The position numbers and the translations under genes are program-made. The notes below the pieces were generated by a model. That model made no database searches. It was not told the DNA's origin and saw only the letters and a list, made by a program, of their open reading frames with translations. A DNA stretch of 64,000 bases from the NCBI GenBank assembly GCA_001179505.1, contig CDMY01000007.1:1-64000 (forward strand), read 5' to 3'. Every line of letters starts with the position of its first letter. Position 1 is the stretch's first letter. Below are positions 1 to 12,000 of this stretch, in pieces. Source of the DNA: Vitrella brassicaformis CCMP3155. Lineage: Eukaryota; Protista; Chromerida.

Positions 1-107
1 AAAAGCACTCTTACTCTGGGACTTACCGCCCAGCAGATCCTCTATTCAGCTAACTACAGGAAAGGTCCTCACCGGCCTTTTTCGCAATTTGTGTGACCCG
101 TTCACCT

Positions 108-823
108 CGTATCCAATGGCTAATCCCACAGAACAGCAGACGTTTCAGCAGATCCAGATCATGACGACTCGGAGGCGCCATGAGCATGAGTTTGCGACCA
201 TGTTACGGCGCCATCGGAATGAGCTCGCTGCAGCCACAGTATGACCCTAGACCCTACGGATGGCCGTGCGTCAATATTCCCTCCGTGTGTTTTGTGGCCG
301 GCTCAGAATCAGATCATGCAGGGCGGCAGCCCGGCTCAGCAGGCACAGAATGAGATGCAGACACAGGTGAGGGAGGAACAAGGAATGCAGGGGACCTCGG
401 CTGCATCTTTGTCGTGTGTGGTGTCGTCTTAGGCTTTTCACCAGGTGACCAACCAACCCACACGTCTGCGAAGCAGCAGGGAAGGCGCACGTATGCCTGT
501 ATGTATGTGTTGCGTGTCTCCTTCTGTGTTGTTGTCTGCAGGCTGTGGTTGGCTCCAATGGCAGCTTGTCTCAGCCGCGACACCCTCCACGAAGTGCACC
601 GGTCAGCGAAGCAACAAGGGCAGTGGGCGGGGAGGGAATACGCGCAGCCACGTGGGTGTTGCGTGTATCTTCCCCTTTCTGTGTGTGTTGTTTGTCTGCA
701 GACCTATGGTTTCAGCAGATCGATGAACGGTTCAAACAACTCGATACCCACTGCGCAGGTCAGCGAAACAGCAAGGGAAACCGTCCAAATCAAACCGTCC
801 TTTTGTTTGCTCCTGCCCTGCTG
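108..823. repeat. Inverted duplication, copy 1 (partner at 48274-48984)
   Basis: The sequence is the near-identical reverse complement of 48274-48984, including introns. The same ORF peptides appear on opposite strands in the track (e.g. ASIFPPCVLWPAQNQIMQGG, LWFQQIDERFKQLDTH). Confidence 0.95.
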
Positions 824-833
824 CCGCGAGTGA
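108..833 (+). CDS. Partial or truncated paralog of the phase-0 micro-exon gene at 46-49 kb (5 exons visible)
   Basis: Exons ..238, 313-366, 433-444, 542-601 and 702-758 have GT/AG flanks and lengths divisible by 3 (YPMANPTEQQTFQQIQIMTTRRRHEHEF.., IMQGGSPAQQAQNEMQTQ, AFHQ, AVVGSNGSLSQPRHPPRSAP, TYGFSRSMNGSNNSIPTAQ). The next AG (829-830) is followed by an in-frame TGA at 831-833. Confidence 0.55.
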
Positions 834-1363
834 GTGCCCTTTTCTCATACGCGTATCGATCTGCCATATCAGACAGACTGAGGGAGGAGGAGGCAATCAA
901 TGCTGTCGGGGTTTTCACCACACAGTATGGAAGAGAGCCTCTGTGTGTATGGGATGGGCTGGGGAGGGATGGGTGTGTGTGCTGTTCATAGCGAGAGAGG
1001 GAGGGGATAGCGCTCTGGCCCGTGAGAGGGTCGTGGACACGCAAACAGACAGACAAACAGACAGACAGACTTGAGACGAACGCATCATTCCTGAGCACCA
1101 TTCAATTGCACACGTGGCCTTATTCATGGTCCGGTCAAAATGTTCTCTCCACCACCGCACCGCCCGCCTCGCTGCTGCTCTAGGCACTGCACACGCCGCT
1201 CCTCGAGATGTTGGCTACGACACTCGAGAGGCGGCGTCCACACCACATAGCTAAGCAGCAAGATGGGTGCAGACATACGGCCAACGACATCCAATCAGTA
1301 CCAGCCAAGAGAAAGAAAAGGGCACCACCGACACCACACTCGGGCAGCGACGCTGTCTATCGA

Positions 1364-4300
1364 TCAGTCGTGGTGATCGGCAGGGCCTTTGGTCGCGTCC
1401 CCTCCCCATGACGGGGGGTACCACTTGGGGAAGACGCGCTTGTACAGGTACATGCACACCTGCACACACACACACACACACACGTGTGCTTGTCTTGATG
1501 GCTGAGTGCCTGGCACACGCACTGCGAATCCGTACCGTGTCAGATTGGTCGAGCCGTGAGCTGAATCGGCACTTCATGTAGCCGTGTGTGCCGAGGGGCT
1601 CGCTGATGTGCCCCCGCAAGCCCTTCTTAGTGTGCAGCTCAACTGGCTTGAACCACCTGACACACACACGACCACACTCAAGTGAGGGGCTGGGCTGCCA
1701 TGGGTTGGGTAGGGTTGTGTGGCTCACTCACTTGACGTCGTCAGGATCGAAGAACATGTACCTCACGACGGCCTTGGTCTTGTGCACTCGGAAGGGGTAG
1801 CCCGTCAGGACGATGCGCTTGATGAGCAGCCGATTGGGGTTGGCCGCCATCACGCTGCCCCACGCACACAAACGGCTCTCACCTGACACAGACACACAGA
1901 CAGACGTATGGATGGATGGATGGTCGCTCCTCTTCTGTCCGTTGCCCCAGTGACTGACCGTCTTGTGTCATTCTGAACATGAGTGCCGGCGATGGCGTGA
2001 ATATGGTGGGCGCGTAGAGGGATGCGACGCACGTGGTGCCGGGGTGCATGAACCGCTCGTACTTGAACTTGTCCTGGCTGTGCTTCTGCACATGCTGGCT
2101 GAACGCCGGCCGGCCGGGGAACCTGAGTGACCGATCCACCCCATCCACACAAGCACATCCCATCCATCTCATCGGCCCCCCCACGTCGGTCTCTGTCTGA
2201 CCTTCTGAAGCCGCAATGAAGCTCCACAGTCTCCTTTGAAGGCAGCGGCTGCGGCCCGCCACTGCTGCTGCTGCCATCCTTAGGTGGCTCGTTCACCGCC
2301 CCATCGACCCGCGTGAGGGACATGTGGAGCACGCTCACCTTCCGCTCATAGCCGAACAGAGACGACACTATCAGCGGGAAATCAGACGGATGTGACGCGA
2401 GCACCGACGCCGGCACGTTCCTCAGGTAGATGCAGCAGTAGAGGCCGCTGATGCCGCCACCGCCCCAGCCACCCACCAGGCTGCAGTCTGCCCTGAAGTG
2501 GCGTTTGTTGGAGCGCATGGTGGCTTTGATGGCCTCGAAGTCGTGGATGCGGGAGTACTCGATGGGCAGCTTTTCGTAGGGGTCCCACGCCGATGTGCGG
2601 AAGCTCTTCAGCCCACGATACTTCTGAAACCTGCAGGCAGGCAGGCAGGCAGGACTTGTGTGGTGTGTGGTGGGTGGTGGGTGAGTGGTGTGGGTGTATG
2701 AAGTTGACCGACTCACCTGTGTCTGGCGGTCTGGTCGGCTGGCGTGTCGACCTCATCGGGAAACATCATGTCCTCTCTGCTGCGTTCCTCCATCTGAATC
2801 TGCCTCAGCCTGGCCCGCTCGGCCTGCATGTCCTCGTCGGTCTCCTCGGGCATCGCCAAGCTGCTGTAGGCGTCGGATGGATCGTCGCCCTCATCCCACT
2901 CAGCCTCATGCTCGTGATGCGCGTCATCATCATGCTCGTCGGCGTGTTCTTGGTCGACATTCTGCTCGTCGTTGTCGTCGATCATGTCGTCGAATTCGCC
3001 CCCATTTTCATCTTCCTCGCGGACGGGGGCGCCAATCCTGTGTGCCTTGTGGCTCTTCATAGCCTTCTCGGCGGCAGCCATCTCCTGAAAGCGATGAGAC
3101 GACAGACAAGCGTGTGAGTGGTGTTGGCGTGTGCCTGCGTGGATGCTGCACCTGGTCTGTCGGCCACGTCTGCTCGCCGGCAAAGGGGTCGTACGGCCGC
3201 AGACACTTCCACTCCTCATCGAGGCCTGAAGACAACCAGAGCGCGCCTTGCCCCCCGTCTGTCTGTCTGTCTGTCCGTCTGTATCCCTCACTGACTCACA
3301 CACCTGCCGCGATCTCCGGCGTCATCTGCTCGAGGATCTCGGTGCCGCCGCCTGCTCCTGCATCGGTATCGACCGCCATGCCGCCCTCCTTGTGTCGCTC
3401 TTGTCTGCGGGTGGTGCCCTGTGTGGGGCATGGGTCGGGGAGCTTGACGATCTTCTCCAGCTGGAAGTCCCCATGGCCCGTCAAATGAACCGGATGCCTG
3501 ACGATGATCACACACACAACACAGACATGGCGTGACACCGGTGCCACCAGGAAGGGAAGGAATGCAGCACGCGTCGTACGTCGTACCTGACGGTGAACCC
3601 GACTCCCCTGACGTAGCCGGCGATGGCCAGGGTCTGTGTGGCTGCGTCGTACTCGACCTGGTTGCTCATGAGGTAGCCCCGGTCCTCCCGGAACTTGAGC
3701 GGCTTGGGGGTGACGTTGGCCAGATGCCGCAGCAGATTGCGCACATCCTGATCACTGTCGACGTCAAACAGCTTCCTGACCACACCAAGACGCCCATACA
3801 CACATGTCAGTCGGTTGCTCCCTCCCTCCCTCCCTCCCTCACTTGTCGTCGCCGAATTCCGAGTGGAAGTATCTCGTGACGAACCGCTTGTTCTCGGCCA
3901 CCTTCTTGGCCGACCACATCAGCTGCCCCACGCCACCCATCACACCAACAGGCGGCGGCAAACCCTGCAGCCGCAACGCCGACAAAGCCTCGTACCCATC
4001 CTCATCGAACGCCGGTCTCTCAAGCGACCCCTGGCAGAATGCGGCAACGATCACGTCGGCACACTTGGCCACGTCGAGGGCGGCATAAAGGGCGGGGGGT
4101 GGGTCGATGATTGTGATGCGCTGCTTCTTGCTCTCCCCAGGGACGGTCGGCTGGGCCCACGTCGGCAGCAGGACGGTGACCGGCTTGTGGGGAGCGACAT
4201 TGTCGAGGTCAGACACCTCACACGCCTCGAGGATGCGCCGCTTCATCGCCAGAGCATCGGCCGACCGGTGGAAGGGCAGCAGCATGACGATCTTGGGCGG

Positions 4301-4549
4301 AGGAGCCACAGCCGACGACGCCGCGCCCATCCGCTTGTGCTCGAGGATCTCCTGCCGCTTCTTCTCCCTGGCTTGCTTGGACATGTTGAGCCGGTCTTGC
4401 TTGGAAGCGGTGGGCATGGCCGTGCTCTTGACGGGCGTCCGCTTGGCGGTCCTGCCCTTCTTGTTGGCTGGGGTGGACGAGGAGCCCTTGAACGGCTTGT
4501 TTCGCTGCTTGAGGGAGGCACGGTGGGAGTGATGTGACTGCTGCTGCAT
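1364..4549 (-). CDS. TSR1: Pre-rRNA-processing protein TSR1 (AARP2/Bms1-Tsr1 family), multi-exon
   Basis: N-terminus [22 protein letters not shown]...[16 protein letters not shown]. Middle [19 protein letters not shown] and [13 protein letters not shown]-terminus [52 protein letters not shown] and LYKRVFPKW. Stop TGA at 1364-1366. Confidence 0.95.
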
Positions 4550-4665
4550 GATCAAATCAACGATGAATGATGAAAGATCACGGACGTATCTGCGTCCACT
4601 TCCAAGATCCTGACGCCGGGGAACGAGGGATTGCCTGGTAGAAGTGTCAAGCCCATCGTTTGCAA

Positions 4666-4685
4666 GGGTTACAGGGTTAGGGTTT
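4666..4685 (-). promoter_or_regulatory. Telomere-like (telo-box AAACCCTA) motif upstream of TSR1
   Basis: The + strand reads agggttacagggttagggttt. tagggttt at 4678-4685 is AAACCCTA on the TSR1 strand, about 130 nt upstream of the ATG. Function is inferred by analogy only. Confidence 0.3.
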
Positions 4686-4785
4686 GGCTAAGCTCGCAAC
4701 AGGGAGTGGAAGGACGCACCGTGCCATTCCTGTGCTTGCTACAGGTGCCTAGCTTGTTGTGTCACGTTCTGGCGCGTTCTATGGG

Positions 4786-4833
4786 GATGGATGGATGGAT
4801 GGGTGGATGGGTGGATGGGTGGATGGGTGGATG
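4786..4833. repeat. (GGAT/GGGT)n microsatellite, representative of the many intronic/intergenic SSRs across the window
   Basis: ggatggatggatggatgggtggatgggtgg... Similar (CA)n, (CT)n, (GACA)n and (CCAT)n tracts occupy most introns. Confidence 0.95.
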
Positions 4834-5542
4834 GGACTGCCGAGGAGGGCAGCTCACATGCACACAATGAATGGACTCCCCACCACGCCTCTCTACTGTG
4901 CCTCTCGTCTGTGTGTGTGCGTTTGCCAGGTCGCGGAAAGGGCGCCTGCGTTCGCACCCCGCTGCCTTGGCCATTTCGGCTGGGTTGGCTGCAATGGGGA
5001 TACCGAGCCACTGCAGCTGGTTGGCTGCGGTGGGACCGTCCGTGCACAAGTGCGCTAGATACCCCAACACACGTCATATCTCACACGTGACCAGGCCATG
5101 GAGGCCATCTAACTCACTAAGCCATATGCCTTGTGTTCTTTGTGTTGGTGTGTGGTGTTCAGGTGTGCCTGGGCGGTTGCAGCGTGTAGACAACTCGTGT
5201 TGGTCCCGAGAGAGGGCTGCACGAGACGACTGTGGTGATCAGAAACCACCCAGTCACAGACCATTCCGTGGGTGGTCTGGTCTGGACCGATGAAGGCGAG
5301 TCATCGGATGCAACAAGAGTGCGGAAGCTGGTGAAGCGGTCCGTTCGCTAGCGATGTCCTCACTGGAAATGAATCCCAGGACCTGTGCCGCCACCCCACC
5401 CGACACGCGGTGGTCAAGTCGTCCCCGTTGCCCCCACTGCCAGCCCTTCTCTCTCTCGCAACTCTCTCGCCTAGACTGCACTGCACTGCACCGAAGCAAC
5501 ATGGTATGCACAGCACAGCCGCCGACACGACACACACACGTG

Positions 5543-5581
<39 letters not shown>

Positions 5582-6229
5582 TGTGTGTGTTTGTGTGTGT
5601 GTGTGGCTCAGTGCCTTGATGGAGGTTGTGTTCAGGACTTCGGGACAGGGATCTACGAGTGCCGCCATCCGCAGACTGTGTGGTGAGCGAAAGGGACGGA
5701 GGAATGTGTGTGTGTGTGTGTGTGAGCTGCCCTCCTCGTCCCTTCGTACTTGTCGTGTGTGGTGCACCGATGTGTGTGGGTGTGGCTGTGCGTGGCGGTT
5801 GCATGCGAGAAGGACTTTCTGACGCATGTGTATTCGGGTCAACAAGCGGTTGTGAGATAGAAAGAGCTTCGGGGATTAGGAGTCGCAACCAACCTGGGCA
5901 GAAAGGCGAATCAGTCAAGCTGTACAGCCCCAAAGGTCCGCCCATATCCAGAGCAGCCCCCACGTACCACAACCCCACCCCATACAGCACCACATACACA
6001 CATAGACAGGATTCAAAATCGCCCGCATGCACATCACCCTTCGGGAGAGAGCCACGCAGGCAGACGTACAGACGTCATTTGCTTCGTTCGCAAAGCACAA
6101 AACTCACTCACACTCAGTTTAAACACACGCCCATCAAGCCATCCATCCATCAGGCCATCCACACGCACCCATCCCTATCCTACACCCACCGAAGCCACCC
6201 GGTTGGTTGACCGGATTGGATGGGCTAGT

Positions 6230-7283
6230 TTAGTTGGGCCCGATGGACTGCTCCGCCTGCGCGCTGACGAGAGGGATCTGGTCGGGCAGCTCGCCGATGA
6301 CGTTGGAAATGAACGAGTAGATGATGCACCCGCCGATGAAGAAGAACAAAAAGTTGGTCAGGGCTATCTTGACGGGCAGGTAGGTCACCAGGCCAAGGAC
6401 GAAGTTGCCCGCGATCTCGTAGATGTTGAGCAGCAAAGCCTGCTGCATCGAGAAACGCACAAACCTGCCACGGCCACAGCCACAGCCACAGGGAGAGAGA
6501 GAGAGAGAGAGAGAGAGTTTTAGGAGGCCGTCCATCGGCCGAACGTTCCCGTGTGCCCACCTGCCCACCTGCTGAAGTTGGGCTGGAACGACCCGATGGG
6601 TTGGTTCCTCGAGAGAATGCTGAGTGCGATGAAGATGATGAAGGAGACGAAGGGGGCGCTGTACAGCGGCATGAAGGGACCCGTCAGGGTGAAGAAGATC
6701 TGACCCGCAACTGGGAACTTCAGAAACACAAACCTGCTCAACAGATGAGGAGGACGACATCAACCACAGCCATGCCGCCTCCCCCCCTCTCCCTCTCTCT
6801 CTCTCCCCTTCTCTCTCTCTCTGCGTGTGTGCGTGTGTGTGTGCTTGTGCTTACGAAGCGAAGCTCCTGAGGTCGAGTGTTGGCAGGATGTAAGGGACAC
6901 ATGCGACCAGTCTATCCCGCGCACCCACACTGTACTTGCTCATGCTCAGCTCCCCCCTCGCCCTGCAAGGATGGACGTCCTTGGCCACAGGCACGACCAC
7001 CGGCGACAGAGGCAGCGGAGCCTCTCTCGCCCTGCTGACGATGTGTTGCCGCGGCACCCCTGCGGCAGATCTGGCCAACGGAGCGACGAAGGCCTGTCAG
7101 CAGTCAACCGTGTGAAGTGTTTGAGTGGCCAGACGATGGATGGATGCTTCTCTATGGACAACGTACCTGCGGCCCTCCACGGACAGTCGCCGCCAGATGG
7201 CACTGAGTATTGAGGAAGACAGTGACTATCCATGCCCAGCACAGCCGCGTGGAGAAGGCTGCTGCTTGCCTCCTTTCTCGCAT
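6230..7283 (-). CDS. TIC20: Tic20-like plastid inner-membrane protein translocon subunit with bipartite targeting leader
   Basis: Spliced reading: MRERRQAAAFSTRLCWAWIVTVFLNTQCHLAATVRGGPQ | AFVAPLARS...RDRLVACVPYILPTLDLRSFAS | RFVFLKFP...FIIFIALSILSRN..FSR | FVRFSMQQALLLNIYE...IGELPDQIPLVSAQAEQSIGPN*. These match Tic20 motifs (RL.aclPYllP, sRFvRFn.mQA.lL, G..P.IP.vs). Confidence 0.85.
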
Positions 7284-7386
7284 TTTGTCCTCAGCAAAAA
7301 TGCGAGCTTGTCTGCGAGCTCAAAATGCATCCCATTCCCTGCGAAAGCTATCACCCCCAGCGTTGCTTAGTAGATCTTGAGATGGA

Positions 7387-7922
7387 ATGATAGGCTTGTT
7401 TTCCTCCCTCGAGCTGGACAAGAAAGCGGCGGAGATGAACCTCTCTTCCGCCTTCAGCCAAGAGAACCTCGAGAAGGTGAAGGGCCGAGGACTCTCCTTC
7501 CTCACCCAAGTGGCCACGACCGTCAAGACCGGCGTAGAGCGGGGCATCAAGGAGGGCAAAGACATCGCCACCGACGTCGCCAAGGACTTCAAGCAGGGCC
7601 TGGCCAACATCGACGTGTCCACGCCCTTCAAGCCAGGCACGGCCTTGCCCCGCGGCTCCCTGCCCTGGGGCCGGTTCGAGGAGCAGTATGAGGTGGTGGT
7701 CAAGGACAGGGTGCTGCAGCTGACGGAGAGCCACGACGTGTTCATGCTGTCGGCGCCGCCCTCGTTTGCCTTCCAGATGAAGGAGCACATCGGAACGGCT
7801 CACGAGATGCTCGAGGAGGACCCGCGGCTGGACAGGGCGCGGTTTGAGCTGGTCCCCAAGCGCATCAAGGAGGACCAGTTCTGGCGCAACTACTTCTGGC
7901 GTGTCGAGCAGGTCAGTCACAT

Positions 7923-7958
<36 letters not shown>

Positions 7959-8637
7959 CACACATGGCCGTCGTTGCAGCTGCACCTTGTGGTCTTTCTG
8001 CGTGTGTTCAGGTGGTTGAGAAGGTGGAGAGTGAGCTCCGCGAGATGGGCATCCCCCATGGAGGCCGCCGCGTCACCGCCCTGCAGACGACGGACTCCCC
8101 ACTCCACCGATCGGAGGCGCCAAACCCGCCATCGTCATCATCGCAGGCAGCAGGAGCAGCAGCCTCGTCGTCGTCGTCTGCAGATGCCGACTTGATGTCG
8201 CAGCTGAGAAATGCGCTAGAAGAGGATGACATTGTCAAGGGCGACAAGGACGCGACGGCCGACAGGTGGGTGGGACGCGCCAGAGGGGCGGACTGGTCAG
8301 CGAGGCCAATGTGTGTGTGGGTTCTGTTTTGTGTGTCAGGCAAGGACCTTCGTCATCGGCATCCGATGCGGCTGCACCCCCTTCCCCTGCCCCTGCCCCT
8401 GCCCCTCCCCCTCCGCCCCCTGCCGACCAACCGCCGACCAAGGATGTGACCAAAAGTGACGAGGACGATGACTTCAAGGAGTTCATGGGGGACGACACCG
8501 AGTTCCTGCAAGCCAACGGGCCGATCGACGAGGCCAACCTCAAGGAATTCGAGGCCGAGTGGTTCGGCGAGAAGAACAATAATGCTGGTGGTGGCGCCAC
8601 TGAGAACCAAGACAAGGACGGGGAGGGAGAGGCGTAG
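7387..8637 (+). CDS. BSD-domain protein (3 exons, acidic low-complexity C-terminus)
   Basis: EMLEEDPRLDRARFELVPKRIKEDQFWRNYFWRV is the BSD domain signature (L...R..LVP..i.E..FW.nYF). Exons about 7387(or 7435)-7911, 8012-8265 and 8340-8637. Confidence 0.85.
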
Positions 8638-9089
8638 CAGAGGTGTCTGTTGGGGGCGTGGGGTGGGTGGCTCGGGGGAGGGGTTATCGCAGCATCTGTA
8701 GAGGGTCACTGGCGGCCCGCCGTCAACTGAGGGTTTTTTGTCGTCAGACAAGCGGCAGTGCGGTGGTGGTGCGGCAATTGTTTCCGATAGATGGCCATCG
8801 GTAGTTGTGTGTGTGTGCCTGGTTTGTATGTCACGCGTGTGTAGAGAGACGTAGAGAGACGCCTCGCCTCATCGGCGGCATGTCTGTCCATCGACCTGAC
8901 CACCACTAAGGATGAATGTTTTGTGCATGTGCTCTGTCTGTCAGCCATTGGCCAACGTGTCTGTCAACCACACACATCACACCTTAGTCAGGAACGCCAT
9001 CAATCACATCATAACGAATAAGTCTGTCTGCACTGCACCTCACACGACGGTCCTACTCATCCACACACGAATATATAAAGCCGACTCAC

Positions 9090-12000
9090 TCACTGGCACA
9101 GAGGCACCGCCTGCTCTGCCGGAGCAGCAGCGGCATCGGGGACCCTCACCCTGATGTGATAATCATGCTGATGCACATGCACATTCACAGCGGGCATCCC
9201 CCTCGCCCCCACCCTCATCACCCTCGCCTTCCTCGACACACTGACACAAGCAGAACACCCCACCAACTCTACGGGCGGGGCGGACTCCTCCTCTCCATTT
9301 GCCTCGACCGTGTCAGCGGCCTTGACGGGCACACCCGGGACGTCAGGGGGCGGCACTTGACTCTGCTGAGCGTCTGTCGCGTCACGATGAGGGGTGCCGT
9401 GCGAGCACGCCGAGTGCCACTCCTCTTCTGCTCGTCCTGACTGCCTAGGGTCTTCGTCGGCCGCTCCAGTCGACAGCCGCACCTCGCCCCCCCGCTGCTG
9501 ATGCAACATGTCCATCCAGCGGAGGTCTAGCATCGTGACCTCAGAGCTGCCGCCAGCCGCCAACAGGCGGAACTGGCGGGAAGCGGGGGTCACGGCAGAC
9601 TCGGGCGTTGCGACAACATGAGAGTGGGGCGTGTTAGGCCAGCGCTGCCAGCTGAGAGAGGGTGTGAAGGAGGATAGGGCAGACACCCCTTCGCCGACTA
9701 CTGGCGCGAGCACAAGCGGGGCGGATCCCTCAGTCGTCATCACGTAGCCCTTGAGCCGCTCGCCGGTATCGCTGGAAGACCTGGGCGCCACGATGAGGTG
9801 GAAAGGGGCAGCAGCATCCGTCAGGCGCGGGAAGATTTGCAGGTCCATCAGAGAAGGGTCCTCGGTGGCCGACACGCTGTATGCCGTCATGACCGAGACG
9901 CCCCGATCCTCTACCAGCACGACCAGGTAACGGGCAGTGAGGCCTCTCGCGTAGGCAGGGGGGAGGGATCGTTGCGGCGGGCCGACAAAGAAGACGTCAT
10001 CGTGGCTCTCGCCGCCATGGGCTGTGCCCCCCACCTCCAGCACCGCCCTCGCCCTATCGCGAGCGTATCGGACGCTGCATCGATCGCTCATCAGCATGAT
10101 CTCCCTGGTGGCCGTCCCTTGTGCGGTCGGCCGCAGCGCCCTCAAAGTCATGGACGCGTCGACAGTCACGTGCTCCGTCAGGCTGGATGCGTCGAGCGGG
10201 AGGCTCCTCCAGGGCTGCTGCCCGTCGATCGAGAGGCGCCCTGTCGCCCTCCGCCCAGACGCGACGCAGTAGGCTAGGAGCCTCCGTCCAGAGAGAGCCG
10301 TGGTGGGCAGGGTCGGCGAGCTGCTCATCTGCAGGCTCCCCATCTGCTGCTGCTGCTGGTGGATTTCCATGGCGACCCAGACGCCGGCCACCAGGGTGAG
10401 CTCCACTCGCCCTCGTATAGACCGATAGACGAGAAGGCCGTCACTTCGCGTGGTCTTCGTGAAGTCGCCACTGATCAGCTCGCCGCGAAGGGTCACTTTG
10501 TCGGGCGCGGCTGCGTGCTGGGCGGGAGATGGCAGCAGGAATGGTGCGTCCGGCCCGCCTGACTCGGCGGCCTCGAGAGTGTCCTCGACGAGCGAACAGA
10601 GCTGGCATGTGACATTCTTTCTCGGGAACGGGAGACCGGGGAAGGACGCCGACCCAACCGTGCCGCAGCTCACGCACTCCTGATGGGTGTCGGGGCCCCG
10701 TTGTGACGGTGTGGGGGTGAGGGGCGGCCGCAATGAGACGGACGATATGGGTGAGCTGCTGGCAGATGCAGATGCAGATGACGGGGTGCCGATTGACGTC
10801 CGGAGGTGCTGCGGCTGCCCTGGGGGAGGGGGTGGGTCTGGTCGCCTCCTTTCTCGCAGATCCATGTGGGCGATGTCGAACCGCTGCGTGTCGGATAGGT
10901 CGGCATCCTTCTCGGAGGCCGAGTAGCTGATAAGTCGCACCTTAGAGGGGTTCTTGCACAGAGCGCGACGGCGGTCACTGGGCGAAGCCAGCTCCACGAT
11001 GAAGTAGCACGAGGGGGCGGGTGCCCTGACGTTCGAGCGGTCGGCCTGTGACCTGAACGATACGATGTGTGTGTGCTCTTGCTTGGGTGCGTTGAAGATG
11101 GCTGCCTGGCTTGTCACCCACCTGTCGACTGTGGGTTTGCGCCGCAGTTGCCACACGTACGTCGCATTGCAGATGTCCTCCTGTCTGCAATTTGAGGGCC
11201 GAAAGAGCTGGCGAATCTCGTCGGCCTGACATATCAGGCAAACAGACAGCAACAGTGGAGCAGCGAGGTTTGCCTGAGACTCTCCCCTCATCTGCTCACG
11301 TCGAATCGTGTGTTGGTGCCGACGATCTCCATGCGCAGATAACACACGGGGTTGGCCTCCATGGCTCTGCGCCGCTCGTCCATCTGGTCGATTACCTCGT
11401 CGATGGTCTGGCAGCGACCGGCCGCCTGCAAAGCGCTCATGATCTGACAGACGGAAACACGTAGATCTAGATGGGGGAGGGCTGGATGTACGGGTCGGTG
11501 CGGTGGCGGTGGTCGTGTGGTACCTTTTCCTTCGCTCCGTCAGACAACCGGTGGGAATGGTTGTCGAGGGGGTCAAAGGGATCTGCACAAGCAAGCGAAA
11601 TGTGCGTGCCTGGCAAGCGGAGCATGCGTACGGGAATGCCCTGCCCACCCTCAATCAGCCACTTGTCCTTCAGGTCTTCGTGCCGTTGCGCACCGAGATG
11701 GCCCTTCTTGCTGAAGCGTGCCGGACTTGTGAGCTGCGCCTCGTAGTCCTTCCAGCTCGCACTGGGCGGCTCCAAAGAGCACCAGTTGTCGTAGATGCCC
11801 CACGCGCGTCTGACAGATACGGCATGTTCTCGCCAGTTGAACAGCCCGTAGAAGCGAAAGAACTGCAGGATCAGCGTGTCGAGGTTGTCCGTATTTAGCC
11901 ATCCCCGTGGCACATGTGGCAGGCAGTCGATCTTCTTCAGGAACTCCACCTTCACTGGGTCGCCGCTGCGCGTCTGCGTATAGGATCGGTAGATGTTGAT

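Noticed and set aside
7281-7327. Short inverted repeat cattttg...caaaatg with an internal gcgagct direct repeat in the Tic20/BSD spacer
   Set aside because: The arms are only 7 nt, which is expected by chance, and nothing similar appears in the other spacers.
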